Positions 28,107 through 40,295 are shown, counted from the stretch's first letter. The stretch is 64,000 nucleotides of DNA from an uncultured Clostridium sp. (GCA_947384775.1 CANDIF010000001.1:121976-185975); one strand, 5' to 3'. A program made the numbers and translations. Notes: generated by a model from the letters alone, not told the origin.

Positions 28107-31100
28107 TTATGGTGTTGCAGCATTAGCTGGAATAGTCCACCATAAAGCTGGAAATAGTGACGGTATCATTCTTATTCCTCTATATAAAACATATCCACCC
28201 ACACCTATTCCAATTCCTTTTCCTAAATTTCTAAAATTATATGCAGGTCCTCTTTTGCACTTGTCTCCATCCCATTCCCAATCATGGTTATGTGGAAATT
28301 TATGAGTTCCATCATCAGTATGGTTATAATCAGTATCTCGTGTTGCTTTTCCATCAGGTCCATAATATCTTCTCTTTTTTATCGTTCCATCTGGATTTAA
28401 TAAATCTTCTGTGGAATTAGGTTTTCCCTTTGTTGATAAGTCCTCAGCGAATCTAATGTTTTTTCTTGTATATGCACTATTATTAGAAATTGCAGATATT
28501 TTTATAGCATTTTTTGCCATATTTGTTGCAATTATAGGTGCTGATAATTTTTGGATTTCTTTACTTATTAAATTTTTAATATTTTTTATAATTGATAAAA
28601 TCGAAACACTTCCTAATGGATCATAATAATTTATAGGATTATTTGAACAGTATGCAAACAAGTTATGTCCTATTATTTCATTCCCACCATTAAACGTCCC
28701 ATCCGCATTCAAGAATCTTCCCCATTCTGGGTTATAGTATCTTGAATTTAGGTAATATAGTCCTGTTTCTGTATCGTATCTATAACTCCTATATCTGTAT
28801 GGGTTTGCTATTCCCACATGATTTGGGTCTGTTATCTCTTTTCCTTCTTCATCTTTTATGCTTACCATTTTTCCCCAGCTGTCATATGTATATGATACTA
28901 TGTGATTTTTATTATTGTCAAGTATTCCTATTATATCTCCTTGTAAATTTTTTAAATATAAATAAATAGCTCCATTATACCTTAGTCCCATAATGTCTCC
29001 ATTGTTGTCGTAGAAATAGTATATTACACTATTACTGTTATCTTTTTTCTCATATATTACTTTTGTTCCTTCTAAAAAGTATTCTGTTGTTACTCCATTT
29101 ACTGTTTTTTCTGTCCTTATTCCTTCATCATTATACTTATAACTTATGTTTAATCCTGTATTTTCATTTGTTATACTTTTTAATTCTCTTCCATTCTGCC
29201 AAGTGTATGTATTTCCATTATATGATAATGGATTTCCAATTGTATCATATGTTATTGTTTGTCCATTGTAACTTGTTAATTGATCTTTCCAATTTGTATT
29301 TCCATATGTATAATTTATCGTTTTTGTTGCTGTTCCTAATTCTCCTGTTGTATATGGATATTCTGTTTTATTTGTAATATTTCCTCCTAAATCATATTCA
29401 TATGTGATAGTTTTACTTAAAGTTTCATTATTTTCTCTTTTTAATTGGTTTAAGCTGTCATAATAATATGTTGCACTTTGTCTACCTCTTACATTCTTTA
29501 TATTACCTAATTCATCATAATTATATCCTATGAAAAATGAATCTCCCTCAATACTTGATACTCTTGATGTTGTTCTATTACTATCTACATTTTCATAGTC
29601 ATACCTTATAATATAAGATTTATTGGCTCCACTAATAAATTTTCTACTTAATCTCGATAAATTGTCATAATCAAATTCCATTGAAATACTATTCCCTGAA
29701 TTTGAGTCTCCAGAATATGTTGAAACAGATGTAATTCTGTTTTGATTATCATATCCATAATTTTCTCTACTTATATTGCCATTGAATACATATTCTGAAT
29801 AATTTAAATTGTTGTTTTTATCATATTTGTAAGCTCTCTTAAATCCATATAAAGCATTATAAACGTTTGTTATTCTTCCTGATAAATCATATGTATAGTA
29901 TTCCTTTATTCCTTCTGGTGTTTCTATGTATGCTAAATTTGATTGTGCATCGTACTTATATTTATATGTTCCTTGCTCTTTTGTTTGTGTTGTCATTATA
30001 TTAAATCTATCATATGTATATGATATCGTATCATCATTTCCATATATCACACTATTTAAATTTCCATAGTTTTCATCATAATTATTTGTTATCAATGTTT
30101 GATTAGCTATTTTTACTTGTTTTCTATTTCCATATTCATCATATGTAAAATAATAGTTAAATCTATTATGAGCTATTGTATTTATTCTATCATTTTCATA
30201 TGTATACCTATTTTGATATGTTTTGTTTCCTACTGTTTTGCTTACTATGCTTATTCTTCCTAATTCATCATATGTGTAATTTGTTTCTGTTCCTTTGGCA
30301 TCTGTTACTTTATCTAAATTTCCATTTGTTTGGTTGTATTCATATGTTGTTTCTTTTCCTGTTTCGTCTTTTATTTTTGTTAGATAATTTCCATTTTCTG
30401 TATATTCTGCATTTGTTTCTATATATTTACTATTTGTATTGTTTGTTATCTTTGAAGTTGTTGCTTGTCCGTATTGGTTATATGTAAAGTTATAATTTAC
30501 TTCGGTGCTACTTATCGCTTTGGTTAGTCTATGTTTATATGTTGTATCATATTGATATTCAAATGTTCCACCCCTTGGATTTGTGTATTTTATTAAATTA
30601 TCATTTCCATCGTACTGAAATGTATTGTTCTGCTTTGCCAAATCTTGTGTTTTTATAATATTTCCATTACTATCATATTGATAGCTTTGCCCAAAGTGGT
30701 CTTTATATAATGCTACATTTGTTATATATGCTACATTTAGATTTTCGTAAAAACAGAAATATACTTGTATCTTTCTATAGTCATGTTCAGCTATAAATTC
30801 ATTTTGTACAAACTGCCATTGATCACTTGGATTTACTCTTACTGTTCTCCATTGTTGTTCACCGTTGTTTCCTATTATGCATACTGTAAAATCTGTAACG
30901 GTAGTATTATTTTTATTTCTTACTCCTCCTGCATATATCCATGCAGATATGCTAAATACATCTCCTTGTTTTCCTCCTGTTATTACATCTTGACGTATAT
31001 ATTTTTTTACAGTAGCTTCTCCTTCTAATTTGTAAAAATTACTTCCAGTTCCTACTGGTAGTGCTACCCAGTCTATATTTGGATTTGTATTATATGTTAT

Positions 31101-34100
31101 CCAACTCTTTGGATTACTTCCAGTATAATCAAATGCTGAGTTTTCTACCATATTATATTGGTTTTCAATAAATCCTTCTTCTACTTGTATATCGTCATAA
31201 TATATTGTGCCTGTATTTCCGAAAAATCCAATTACAACAGTCAAACTACTTGTTGCATCTTCTGGATAATATAAACTTAATGAGTATTTGTTCCATTCTG
31301 AATTTTTTTCAATAATATCTTGCTCTTCCATAACTCTATTTCCTGAAGCATCTAGATAATACAATTGTATATATCCCTCTCCAAGACTAGTCTTTTCAAG
31401 TTTTAATTTAAGAGATAAAGTATATGTTTTTCCCTTTTCTGCATTACAGTAATGATACGCTGCTGGTTGAACACTTTCTGTAAAGATACTTGATATTTTC
31501 ATACTTCTACTTCCAGTATAGCTATCTTCTGTACTGTATTCTATTGAACCAGGATTATTCCCCCAATTTCTAAATTCCCATTCTCCATCATATTCAAAAC
31601 TTCCATTAAATACTAAATTATTTACTGATTTTGTTAATGATCCATCCAATGTTAATCTATTTTTAGCTCCGCCACTTTCTCCATAATTGTACACTTTTCC
31701 ATATGCTTGACTAAGGTCAATTCCATCTTTTCCGAAATCTGCTACACTTATTGCTTGTCCCCAATCATTAAATGTTACATTATTACTAAAACCTTTATTA
31801 TCTGTAAATGTTGTTAAGTTGTCGTTATATGCTATGGTTAATCTATTTCCTAATTCTAAATTACTTGCACGTTCTTCTATTGTTTTTACTCTGTTAGTTT
31901 TTTCTGGATAATATTCAAAATTCAAATGTTTCCCATCTATATTTAATAGCATAACTAATAAATTATTTTGGTATACTAGCATTGATTCTCTGTTATCTAA
32001 ATATTTAATTTCTCCTAATGTACCATCATTGTAGCATACAAATTGCATTGATTTTCCATCTGGACCTGTTAATTTGTTCAAATAGTTTCCCGCATATTCA
32101 AAGGTTATTTCTTGTCCTGCTCCATCTGTTACTTTAGATATAACAAAGTCATTTGCCTCTGTTTCTGAAAATGTTATTATTATTTTATTTCCATTGTTAT
32201 CTTCTATTTCTTTTAAGTGCCATAAATATCTTCCTGCAACCGTTCTTCTTTCGAACCTTATTACATTATCTCCTTTATCTTTCATGCTAAACACTGCTGT
32301 TGCTGCATCTAATGTTAATTCTAAATTTAATCCATCTTCGTCTTTATATATATTTCCTTCTTTGGTAAAATAATGTCTTGTTCCATCTTCATCTATATAT
32401 TCTGCATATTCTGTACCACCTATTGTTACCAATTCTATTGTTTGTGATAAATTAAGTCTCATTCCATTTCCATATCTGGAACCTATATCTTTATCGTTTG
32501 TATTATATACATGTGTTATTGTTACTGGAAACCTTTCTCCTGGTGTTGATATATCGTTATGTATCCATACTAAATTTCCATTATAGTCATTTGTATATAC
32601 TGTTCCTGCTCTTCCCAAATCTTGAGTATGGTAACTTAAATAATCTTCTAATCCTGTTTGATTTCTATATATAATTTGTACTACTGGTCTTCCTTCATAC
32701 CAAGTTACATTTGTATCTGATGAAATAAAATATGCATCATTTCCTGAAACATTATTTGCTTCTGAATGTTCTTTTATCATTACACCATAGTTATTTCCTG
32801 TTGTGTACCACTCTTTAGCTGCTGTTGTTATATTAAATGTATATTGTTTACATTGGTTGTTATAATCGAATTGATATAGAATAAAATCTTCTGCTCTTGA
32901 ATTGTAATTTGCATTTGTATTACTCCATGTTGCTGTATTTTCATTCCAATCTGCAGTTATTTTATGTGCATCTAATTGTATTTGTCTAGTATTAGGTGTC
33001 CATTCACTTGTTTTTGGATATGTAAATATATTTAAATATGCTCCTATTACTTGATCTCCAGCTTTGAGTTCTGGAAGATTAAATTTTACTAAACTTCTTG
33101 TTGGGACTCCACTATTGTTTCCTGCTCTTATTATGTGTGCATTTCCTTTTGGGTCACTTCCTTGGCTTGAATATATAAATGTATCCTTAATATCATCATA
33201 ATATCTTGATGTAATTATGCTTGGATCTATTGTTATTGGATATATTCTTTCTGCTGCTTCTAGCCATTTTTTATCTGGTATTAATGTTATTATGTATTTA
33301 TCTGCTTGCTTTTCTAATTTTATATCAATATCTGAACTAAACTCTAATTTGTTGTCATACATAAATGGTGCTTCTATTGTAAATTTTACATTTTCTTCTG
33401 TCTTATCGTATACTATTATGTCTTTTGTTTCTAATAGTTTCATTTCAAGTGTTCCAACATCATATACAAATTTCAATTCATTATTTATTGATTCTTTATT
33501 TTGTAATATAATGTTTTCTTTTACATGTTCTGGTTCTGCTGAATATTCTATGCTTATATTACTTAATATTTCATTATATTCTATAGATGTTGTTGGTATT
33601 TGTGTTTTTACTTCTTTTGCTCGTAAACCTTTAACTTCTCTTTTCTCTAAGTTTTTATTATTTACATTTACTTTTGAAGATTGCGAATTTACTAATCCCC
33701 ATTTTATTGTATATCCTTCACTTTCCATACTTCCTAATCTGTATCCATTTGTTTTATTAGTAAAATATATTTGTGCATTTCCTGTTTTATTTTTGTAAAT
33801 TTTTGTTTCCTTTTTCTGTTCTTCTATTATTGCTTTATTTAATTTTTCTTCTATTTGATTGTTTTGCATCATTTCTATTTTAGTATTTTCTTCTGTTATT
33901 TTTAGTTTTTCTTCTGTATCAATTACTTCCTCTAATGTATTGTCTACATCTAGGAATTTTCCATCTTTCTCATAATGTACATTACTTGGAAATACTGATG
34001 CCACTACACTTCCATCTGACCTTAGGAAATGTTTTTCTGTATATGTTCTTTCTTCTTCCAGTTCTCCGATTATAACTGGTTCTGCTTTTTCCTGTTCTTT

Positions 34101-34292
34101 TGCTTGCTTTTCTAAATGTTCATCTAAACTTTTATGCATGTCTACTTTTGCTTCCATTTTATTGATTACAGCGTTTATATTTACTGCAATTGCAATATTT
34201 GGCACAAATTGAAAGACCATCACAAACACAAGTATTGTTGCAATGATCTTTTTTAATTTCTTTGGGCTTAAATGTTTTTGCATATTCATCAC
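28107..34292 (-). CDS. RHS/YD-repeat polymorphic toxin (WapA-like wall-associated protein) with Sec signal peptide and variable C-terminal toxin domain
   Basis: 2061 aa. N-terminal signal/TM (IIATILVFVMVFQFV). Dozens of YD repeats (YxYDxxGRL/ YTYD...G.). RHS repeat-associated core ending in the hallmark ...NPINYYDPLG (DPxGL). Then a 167-aa CT. Confidence 0.85.
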   Translation of the reverse strand: MMNMQKHLSPKKLKKIIATILVFVMVFQFVPNIAIAVNINAVINKMEAKVDMHKSLDEHLEKQAKEQEKAEPVIIGELEEERTYTEKHFLRSDGSVVASVFPSNVHYEKDGKFLDVDNTLEEVIDTEEKLKITEENTKIEMMQNNQIEEKLNKAIIEEQKKETKIYKNKTGNAQIYFTNKTNGYRLGSMESEGYTIKWGLVNSQSSKVNVNNKNLEKREVKGLRAKEVKTQIPTTSIEYNEILSNISIEYSAEPEHVKENIILQNKESINNELKFVYDVGTLEMKLLETKDIIVYDKTEENVKFTIEAPFMYDNKLEFSSDIDIKLEKQADKYIITLIPDKKWLEAAERIYPITIDPSIITSRYYDDIKDTFIYSSQGSDPKGNAHIIRAGNNSGVPTRSLVKFNLPELKAGDQVIGAYLNIFTYPKTSEWTPNTRQIQLDAHKITADWNENTATWSNTNANYNSRAEDFILYQFDYNNQCKQYTFNITTAAKEWYTTGNNYGVMIKEHSEANNVSGNDAYFISSDTNVTWYEGRPVVQIIYRNQTGLEDYLSYHTQDLGRAGTVYTNDYNGNLVWIHNDISTPGERFPVTITHVYNTNDKDIGSRYGNGMRLNLSQTIELVTIGGTEYAEYIDEDGTRHYFTKEGNIYKDEDGLNLELTLDAATAVFSMKDKGDNVIRFERRTVAGRYLWHLKEIEDNNGNKIIITFSETEANDFVISKVTDGAGQEITFEYAGNYLNKLTGPDGKSMQFVCYNDGTLGEIKYLDNRESMLVYQNNLLVMLLNIDGKHLNFEYYPEKTNRVKTIEERASNLELGNRLTIAYNDNLTTFTDNKGFSNNVTFNDWGQAISVADFGKDGIDLSQAYGKVYNYGESGGAKNRLTLDGSLTKSVNNLVFNGSFEYDGEWEFRNWGNNPGSIEYSTEDSYTGSRSMKISSIFTESVQPAAYHYCNAEKGKTYTLSLKLKLEKTSLGEGYIQLYYLDASGNRVMEEQDIIEKNSEWNKYSLSLYYPEDATSSLTVVIGFFGNTGTIYYDDIQVEEGFIENQYNMVENSAFDYTGSNPKSWITYNTNPNIDWVALPVGTGSNFYKLEGEATVKKYIRQDVITGGKQGDVFSISAWIYAGGVRNKNNTTVTDFTVCIIGNNGEQQWRTVRVNPSDQWQFVQNEFIAEHDYRKIQVYFCFYENLNVAYITNVALYKDHFGQSYQYDSNGNIIKTQDLAKQNNTFQYDGNDNLIKYTNPRGGTFEYQYDTTYKHRLTKAISSTEVNYNFTYNQYGQATTSKITNNTNSKYIETNAEYTENGNYLTKIKDETGKETTYEYNQTNGNLDKVTDAKGTETNYTYDELGRISIVSKTVGNKTYQNRYTYENDRINTIAHNRFNYYFTYDEYGNRKQVKIANQTLITNNYDENYGNLNSVIYGNDDTISYTYDRFNIMTTQTKEQGTYKYKYDAQSNLAYIETPEGIKEYYTYDLSGRITNVYNALYGFKRAYKYDKNNNLNYSEYVFNGNISRENYGYDNQNRITSVSTYSGDSNSGNSISMEFDYDNLSRLSRKFISGANKSYIIRYDYENVDSNRTTSRVSSIEGDSFFIGYNYDELGNIKNVRGRQSATYYYDSLNQLKRENNETLSKTITYEYDLGGNITNKTEYPYTTGELGTATKTINYTYGNTNWKDQLTSYNGQTITYDTIGNPLSYNGNTYTWQNGRELKSITNENTGLNISYKYNDEGIRTEKTVNGVTTEYFLEGTKVIYEKKDNSNSVIYYFYDNNGDIMGLRYNGAIYLYLKNLQGDIIGILDNNKNHIVSYTYDSWGKMVSIKDEEGKEITDPNHVGIANPYRYRSYRYDTETGLYYLNSRYYNPEWGRFLNADGTFNGGNEIIGHNLFAYCSNNPINYYDPLGSVSILSIIKNIKNLISKEIQKLSAPIIATNMAKNAIKISAISNNSAYTRKNIRFAEDLSTKGKPNSTEDLLNPDGTIKKRRYYGPDGKATRDTDYNHTDDGTHKFPHNHDWEWDGDKCKRGPAYNFRNLGKGIGIGVGGYVLYRGIRMIPSLFPALWWTIPANAATP
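28110..28610 (-). other. C-terminal toxin (CT) domain of the RHS protein, after the DPLG motif; family unassigned
   Basis: 167 aa after YYDPLG. His/Asp-rich motif DYNHTDDGTHKFPHNHDWEWDGD and a C-terminal glycine-zipper LGKGIGIGVGGYVLYRG. GC ~36%, higher than the repeat body. Confidence 0.5.
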
Positions 34293-34361
34293 CCCTTTTC
34301 GAGATGATTATATATTATACTTTTTTATCTGTCAAATTTTTTTAAGCTTTTTTTAAGGTTT

Positions 34362-35249
34362 CTAAACTTCATAGTTCCATTTTGGTACATAGATTTCTTC
34401 ATTTTCTTCTGAATAGTCTTGCATATATCCATTTTCTATGTTTAATTCATATATATAATTTTCTATTTCTTCATATTCCTTTCTTGTGATTTTCCTATTA
34501 ATTTCAGGATATTCTTTCGCCTTATATGTTGGGAAGTATTGTGTCATTACACTAATATATACATCTTTATCTATATTGTCTTTTAGCCATTTTAATATTT
34601 GTTTTGAATTTTCTAAATTATTTGGTAATACTAAATGTCTTATTATTAATCCCTTTTTTATCATTCCATTTTTGTCTAATTGTGGTGCACCTACTTGCCT
34701 GTACATTTCTAATATTGCTTGTGTTGCTATGTTGAAATAGTTATTAATTTTTGAGTATTTTAATGCAATATCATTTTCATAGTATTTTAAGTCTGGCAAA
34801 TACACATCTATTAATCCTTCTAGTCTTTTTAACGTTTCAACGTTTTCGTAGCCGTTACTGTTATATATTATAGGGATTTTTAATCCATTGTTTTTTGCTA
34901 GTTTTATTGCTTCTATTATTTGATGTGTATAAATTGTCGGTGTAACTAAATTTATATTTTCTGCTCCGTTTTCTTGTTGTTTTAAAAATATATTACTAAG
35001 TTCTTCTATCTCTATTTTCTTGCCATTACCTAAATTGCTAATTTCATAGTTCTGGCAAAACACACAATTCAAATTGCATTTTGAAAAAAATACTGTCCCA
35101 GAGCCATTTTCTCCACTAATACATGGTTCTTCAAATTTATGAAGACTATAGCCTCCAATCTCGATTTTATTTCCTGCTCTACATCTTCCAATATTTGTTT
35201 CTCTATTTATTCCACATTTATGCGGACATATTGTACATATATTATCCAT
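34362..35249 (-). CDS. Radical SAM protein (pyruvate formate-lyase activase-like/PflX-type)
   Basis: 295 aa; CNLNCVFCQN Cx3Cx2C motif plus an N-terminal CxxCxxxC cluster. Confidence 0.65.
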   Translation of the reverse strand: MDNICTICPHKCGINRETNIGRCRAGNKIEIGGYSLHKFEEPCISGENGSGTVFFSKCNLNCVFCQNYEISNLGNGKKIEIEELSNIFLKQQENGAENINLVTPTIYTHQIIEAIKLAKNNGLKIPIIYNSNGYENVETLKRLEGLIDVYLPDLKYYENDIALKYSKINNYFNIATQAILEMYRQVGAPQLDKNGMIKKGLIIRHLVLPNNLENSKQILKWLKDNIDKDVYISVMTQYFPTYKAKEYPEINRKITRKEYEEIENYIYELNIENGYMQDYSEENEEIYVPKWNYEV

Positions 35250-35345
35250 AACTCTCCTTTTATCAGTTTTACATTTTTTTGATTATAATTATATCATACT
35301 ATATACAAAAGAGATATATACAAATTGTATATATCTCTAATAATA

Positions 35346-36515
35346 TTAGCCAAATATTCCCTTTTTCTTTACTGGTGGTTGTTCACTCATTGTTTTAGCA
35401 AGTTTTGTTAATAGTTCTCTTTGTTCTGATGTTAGCTTTTTCGGGATTTGAACTTCAACTGTGAATATATAATCACCTTTCCAATTATTGTTTACTGCTT
35501 TAAATCCTTTATTTTTTATAACAAATTTTGTTCCTGGCTGTGTACCTTCTGGAATTTTATAATTTTCTTTTGATCCGTCAACCATTGGAATTTCTAAATT
35601 TGCTCCTAATGTTGCTTGTGTAAATGTTATTGGTATATTGCAAAGAACATTATCTCCTTGTCTTTTATATATCTTATGATTTCTTACTGAAACTACAATA
35701 TATAAATCTCCATTTGGTCCGCCTTTATTTCCATGTTCTCCTTCGCCTTTTAATACTACAGTCTGACCATGTGAAATTCCAGCTGGTATGTTAACTTCTA
35801 TTTTAACATTTTTACTTACAAATCCTTTTCCTTTACAATCAGGACATTTTTCTTCAACTATTGTTCCTTCTCCATTACAAACTGAACAAGTTTTAGTTGT
35901 TTGCATTTGTCCTAATATTGTACTAACTGTTTGTGTTACAGTTCCTTTTCCTCCACAGCTTTTACATGTTACAACATTTGTCCCTGGTTTTGCTTTTGTT
36001 CCATGACATGTCTTACATTCTTCATTTCTATTTATTGAAATTTCTTTTTTTACTCCAAGGAATGATTCTTCAAATGTTATATCCATATTGTATTGCAAAT
36101 CTCTTCCTTTTCTAGGACCATTTGATTTTTGTCTTGAACTTGTTCTTCCACCAAATCCAGCTCCGCCACCGAAAATGCTTGAGAAAATATCTCCTAAATC
36201 TCCAAAATCGTCAAATCCATTGAAACCTGAAGAAGTATATGAATAATAGCCTCCTCCTGGACCTCCTGCTGCTTGTGGTCCATCATGTCCAAATTGATCA
36301 TACATTCTTCTTTTTTGTGAATCTGATAATACTTCATATGCTTCTGATACTTCTTTGAATTTTTCTTCTGCTTCTTCCCTATTATCTGGATTTGCATCAG
36401 GATGATATTTTTTTGCTAGTTTTCTATATGCCTTTTTTAATTCATCATCTGTTACGTTTTTATTAACTCCTAAAACTTCATAATAATCACGTTTATTTGC
36501 CATGTTTCCCTCCAT
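35346..36515 (-). CDS. dnaJ: Chaperone DnaJ. True start probably MANKRDYY, about 4 codons inside the ORF
   Basis: J domain with HPD, G/F-rich region, four CxxCxGxG zinc-finger repeats. Confidence 0.95.
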   Translation of the reverse strand: MEGNMANKRDYYEVLGVNKNVTDDELKKAYRKLAKKYHPDANPDNREEAEEKFKEVSEAYEVLSDSQKRRMYDQFGHDGPQAAGGPGGGYYSYTSSGFNGFDDFGDLGDIFSSIFGGGAGFGGRTSSRQKSNGPRKGRDLQYNMDITFEESFLGVKKEISINRNEECKTCHGTKAKPGTNVVTCKSCGGKGTVTQTVSTILGQMQTTKTCSVCNGEGTIVEEKCPDCKGKGFVSKNVKIEVNIPAGISHGQTVVLKGEGEHGNKGGPNGDLYIVVSVRNHKIYKRQGDNVLCNIPITFTQATLGANLEIPMVDGSKENYKIPEGTQPGTKFVIKNKGFKAVNNNWKGDYIFTVEVQIPKKLTSEQRELLTKLAKTMSEQPPVKKKGIFG

Positions 36516-36627
36516 TTAAACAATATGTTTAATTGTAATTCTTTTTCTATTGTAAATTATATCTACAATATTTATAAATATTACACATATAATTTACAAT
36601 TTTTTAGTTATAACAAAATAGTTAATA

Positions 36628-36737
36628 ACCTCCTTTATTAAGGGAGGTGGCAATCCGAAGGATTGACGGAGGGTTCTTATCTGTTTTTGAAGAACCCCCA
36701 GTCACCTATCGGTGACAGCCCCCTTGTTAAAGGGGCT
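36628..36737 (-). other. GC-rich array of five consecutive hairpins between dnaK and dnaJ (structured RNA element or complex attenuator/terminator)
   Basis: acctcctttattaagggaggt; caatccgaaggattg; gggttctt...aagaaccc; gtcacctatcggtgac; agcccccttgttaaaggggct. Much higher GC than surroundings. Confidence 0.4.
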
Positions 36738-36759
36738 TTAGCGGTTAATGCAATATTGA

Positions 36760-38631
<1,872 letters not shown>

Positions 38632-38666
38632 TTAAATTTTGAATTTATATTATTTAAAATTAAAAT

Positions 38667-39182
38667 CTAATTAGCAACCACTACCATAGCATGGCGTATA
38701 ATCTTGCTTCCTATCTTATATCCTTTTCTAAATTCTTCTTTAACAATTTTCTCTCCTAAAGATTCATCTTGCACACTACTTACAGCTTCATGTACTTCTG
38801 GATCAAAAGGCTTTCCTACTGTTTCTATTGTTTCTACTCCAAAACGTGTAAAAATATCATTTATCTGTTTTACAACTAATTCAATTCCTTGTTTCATATT
38901 TTCATCTGCAGTATCTGCCATGCACGCCTTTTCTAAATTATCAACTACAGGTAAAAATGCTGCAATTATATCTGCCAATACATTACTGTACAGCATCTCA
39001 CGCTCTTTTGAATTTCTTTTTTTATAGTTTTCGAATTCTGCCATCACTCTTTTTAATCTGTCTACTGTTTCTTCTAGCTCTTTTTCTGTATTATCTAATT
39101 CACTATTTTTTTGAACTTCTTGTTCTTCTTTTTTTTCTTCTAATTTTTCCTCTGACATGTACTTTCCTCCTATTTTTATCAA
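38667..39182 (-). CDS. grpE: Nucleotide exchange factor GrpE
   Basis: 171 aa; acidic N-terminus, coiled coil, GrpE C-terminal beta domain. Operon position hrcA-grpE-dnaK-dnaJ. Confidence 0.9.
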   Translation of the reverse strand: MIKIGGKYMSEEKLEEKKEEQEVQKNSELDNTEKELEETVDRLKRVMAEFENYKKRNSKEREMLYSNVLADIIAAFLPVVDNLEKACMADTADENMKQGIELVVKQINDIFTRFGVETIETVGKPFDPEVHEAVSSVQDESLGEKIVKEEFRKGYKIGSKIIRHAMVVVAN

Positions 39183-40216
39183 TTTTCAGTATCGTTATCA
39201 TTTAGTTCTTCATTTAACTTTTTATTTATATATTTCATAACAGAAATTACTTTAGAATAATCCATTCTTTTAGGTCCTATAATTCCTATTGTTCCGAAAT
39301 TTTTATTTCCTATCATATGCTTAAATGTTATTATGCTTAAGTCTCTAAGTTCTTCTCTATCATTTTCACTGCCTATATGAATATTAATATCATCTGCAAA
39401 TCCAGAATTTAATATTTCCATCACTTGTTCTTTTGTATCTAAAATACTTAAGAAATTTCTTGCTGCGTCTATCTTTTTAAATTCTGGAAAATCAAAAACA
39501 TTACTTGTTCCTTCTAAGTAAAATTCTTCTGTTTCTCCTAATGATTTATTTAATTGCTCAATTATAGGCTTTATTACATCTACTTGATCTGACATTGATG
39601 ATATTATATATTCTTCCATTGGTTTATCAATTTTAGTCAATCTTTTGCCTTTTAATTTATTGTTGAATAGATAATTTAAACTTTCTAATTGATTTTCTGT
39701 TATATCTTCATCATACTTTATAATAGTTTCTTTAATTGCTCCACTTTCTGTAAGTATAACTGCCATTAAAATTCTATTTCCCAATAACACTAATTTTACA
39801 TCTGAAATGATATCATCTGTATTATCTGGTCCTATTGCTACTGTAGTATAATGTGTTATTTCAGATAATGTATTTGTTGTTATTTTTGTTAAATCTTGAA
39901 TTTCATTTACTTTGAATTCTAATCGTTCTTTTATATACTGAATTTCATCTAAGCTGATTTTTTCATCATTTAAAAGTTCATCAACATAAAATCTATATCC
40001 TTTAGCTGAAGGAACTCTTCCAGATGATGTATGTGGTTTTTCAATATATCCTAAATGCTCTAATTCTGCCATCTCATTTCTTATTGTTGCACTGCTACAA
40101 TTTAAGTCATAATTTTCTACAATTACTCCAGAGCTTACTGGTTCTGCTGTATTTATATATTCTTCTATTATTGCTTGTAGAATTTTCTTTTTTCTTTCGT
40201 CTAGCAATTTTATCAC
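39179..40216 (-). CDS. hrcA: Heat-inducible transcription repressor HrcA (apparent GTG start)
   Basis: 345 aa; N-terminal winged HTH, first gene of the dnaK operon, CIRCE operators upstream. Confidence 0.9.
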   Translation of the reverse strand: MIKLLDERKKKILQAIIEEYINTAEPVSSGVIVENYDLNCSSATIRNEMAELEHLGYIEKPHTSSGRVPSAKGYRFYVDELLNDEKISLDEIQYIKERLEFKVNEIQDLTKITTNTLSEITHYTTVAIGPDNTDDIISDVKLVLLGNRILMAVILTESGAIKETIIKYDEDITENQLESLNYLFNNKLKGKRLTKIDKPMEEYIISSMSDQVDVIKPIIEQLNKSLGETEEFYLEGTSNVFDFPEFKKIDAARNFLSILDTKEQVMEILNSGFADDINIHIGSENDREELRDLSIITFKHMIGNKNFGTIGIIGPKRMDYSKVISVMKYINKKLNEELNDNDTEN

Positions 40217-40225
40217 CTCAAAAAA

Positions 40226-40252
40226 TTAGCAGTCTTTTTTTAAGACTGCTAA
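40226..40252. promoter_or_regulatory. CIRCE operator (HrcA binding site), perfect 9-N9-9 inverted repeat
   Basis: TTAGCAGTC-TTTTTTTAA-GACTGCTAA; consensus TTAGCACTC-N9-GAGTGCTAA. Confidence 0.75.
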
Positions 40253-40268
40253 TATAATACATCAATTG

Positions 40269-40295
40269 TTAGCACTTGTCAATAGCAATTGCTAA
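40269..40295. promoter_or_regulatory. Second, degenerate CIRCE-like element
   Basis: TTAGCACTT-GTCAATAGC-AATTGCTAA; left arm consensus, right arm 6/9. Confidence 0.45.

Noticed and set aside
28411-33798. Multiple small plus-strand ORFs inside the RHS gene and dnaK/hrcA
   Set aside because: All are antisense to strongly supported long minus-strand genes, and their translations are low-complexity Leu/Phe/Ile-rich.
25432-34292. Whole accessory region as a prophage or integrative element
   Set aside because: No integrase, phage structural genes or tRNA attachment site. Only an IS200-like Y1 transposase and REP repeats are present.
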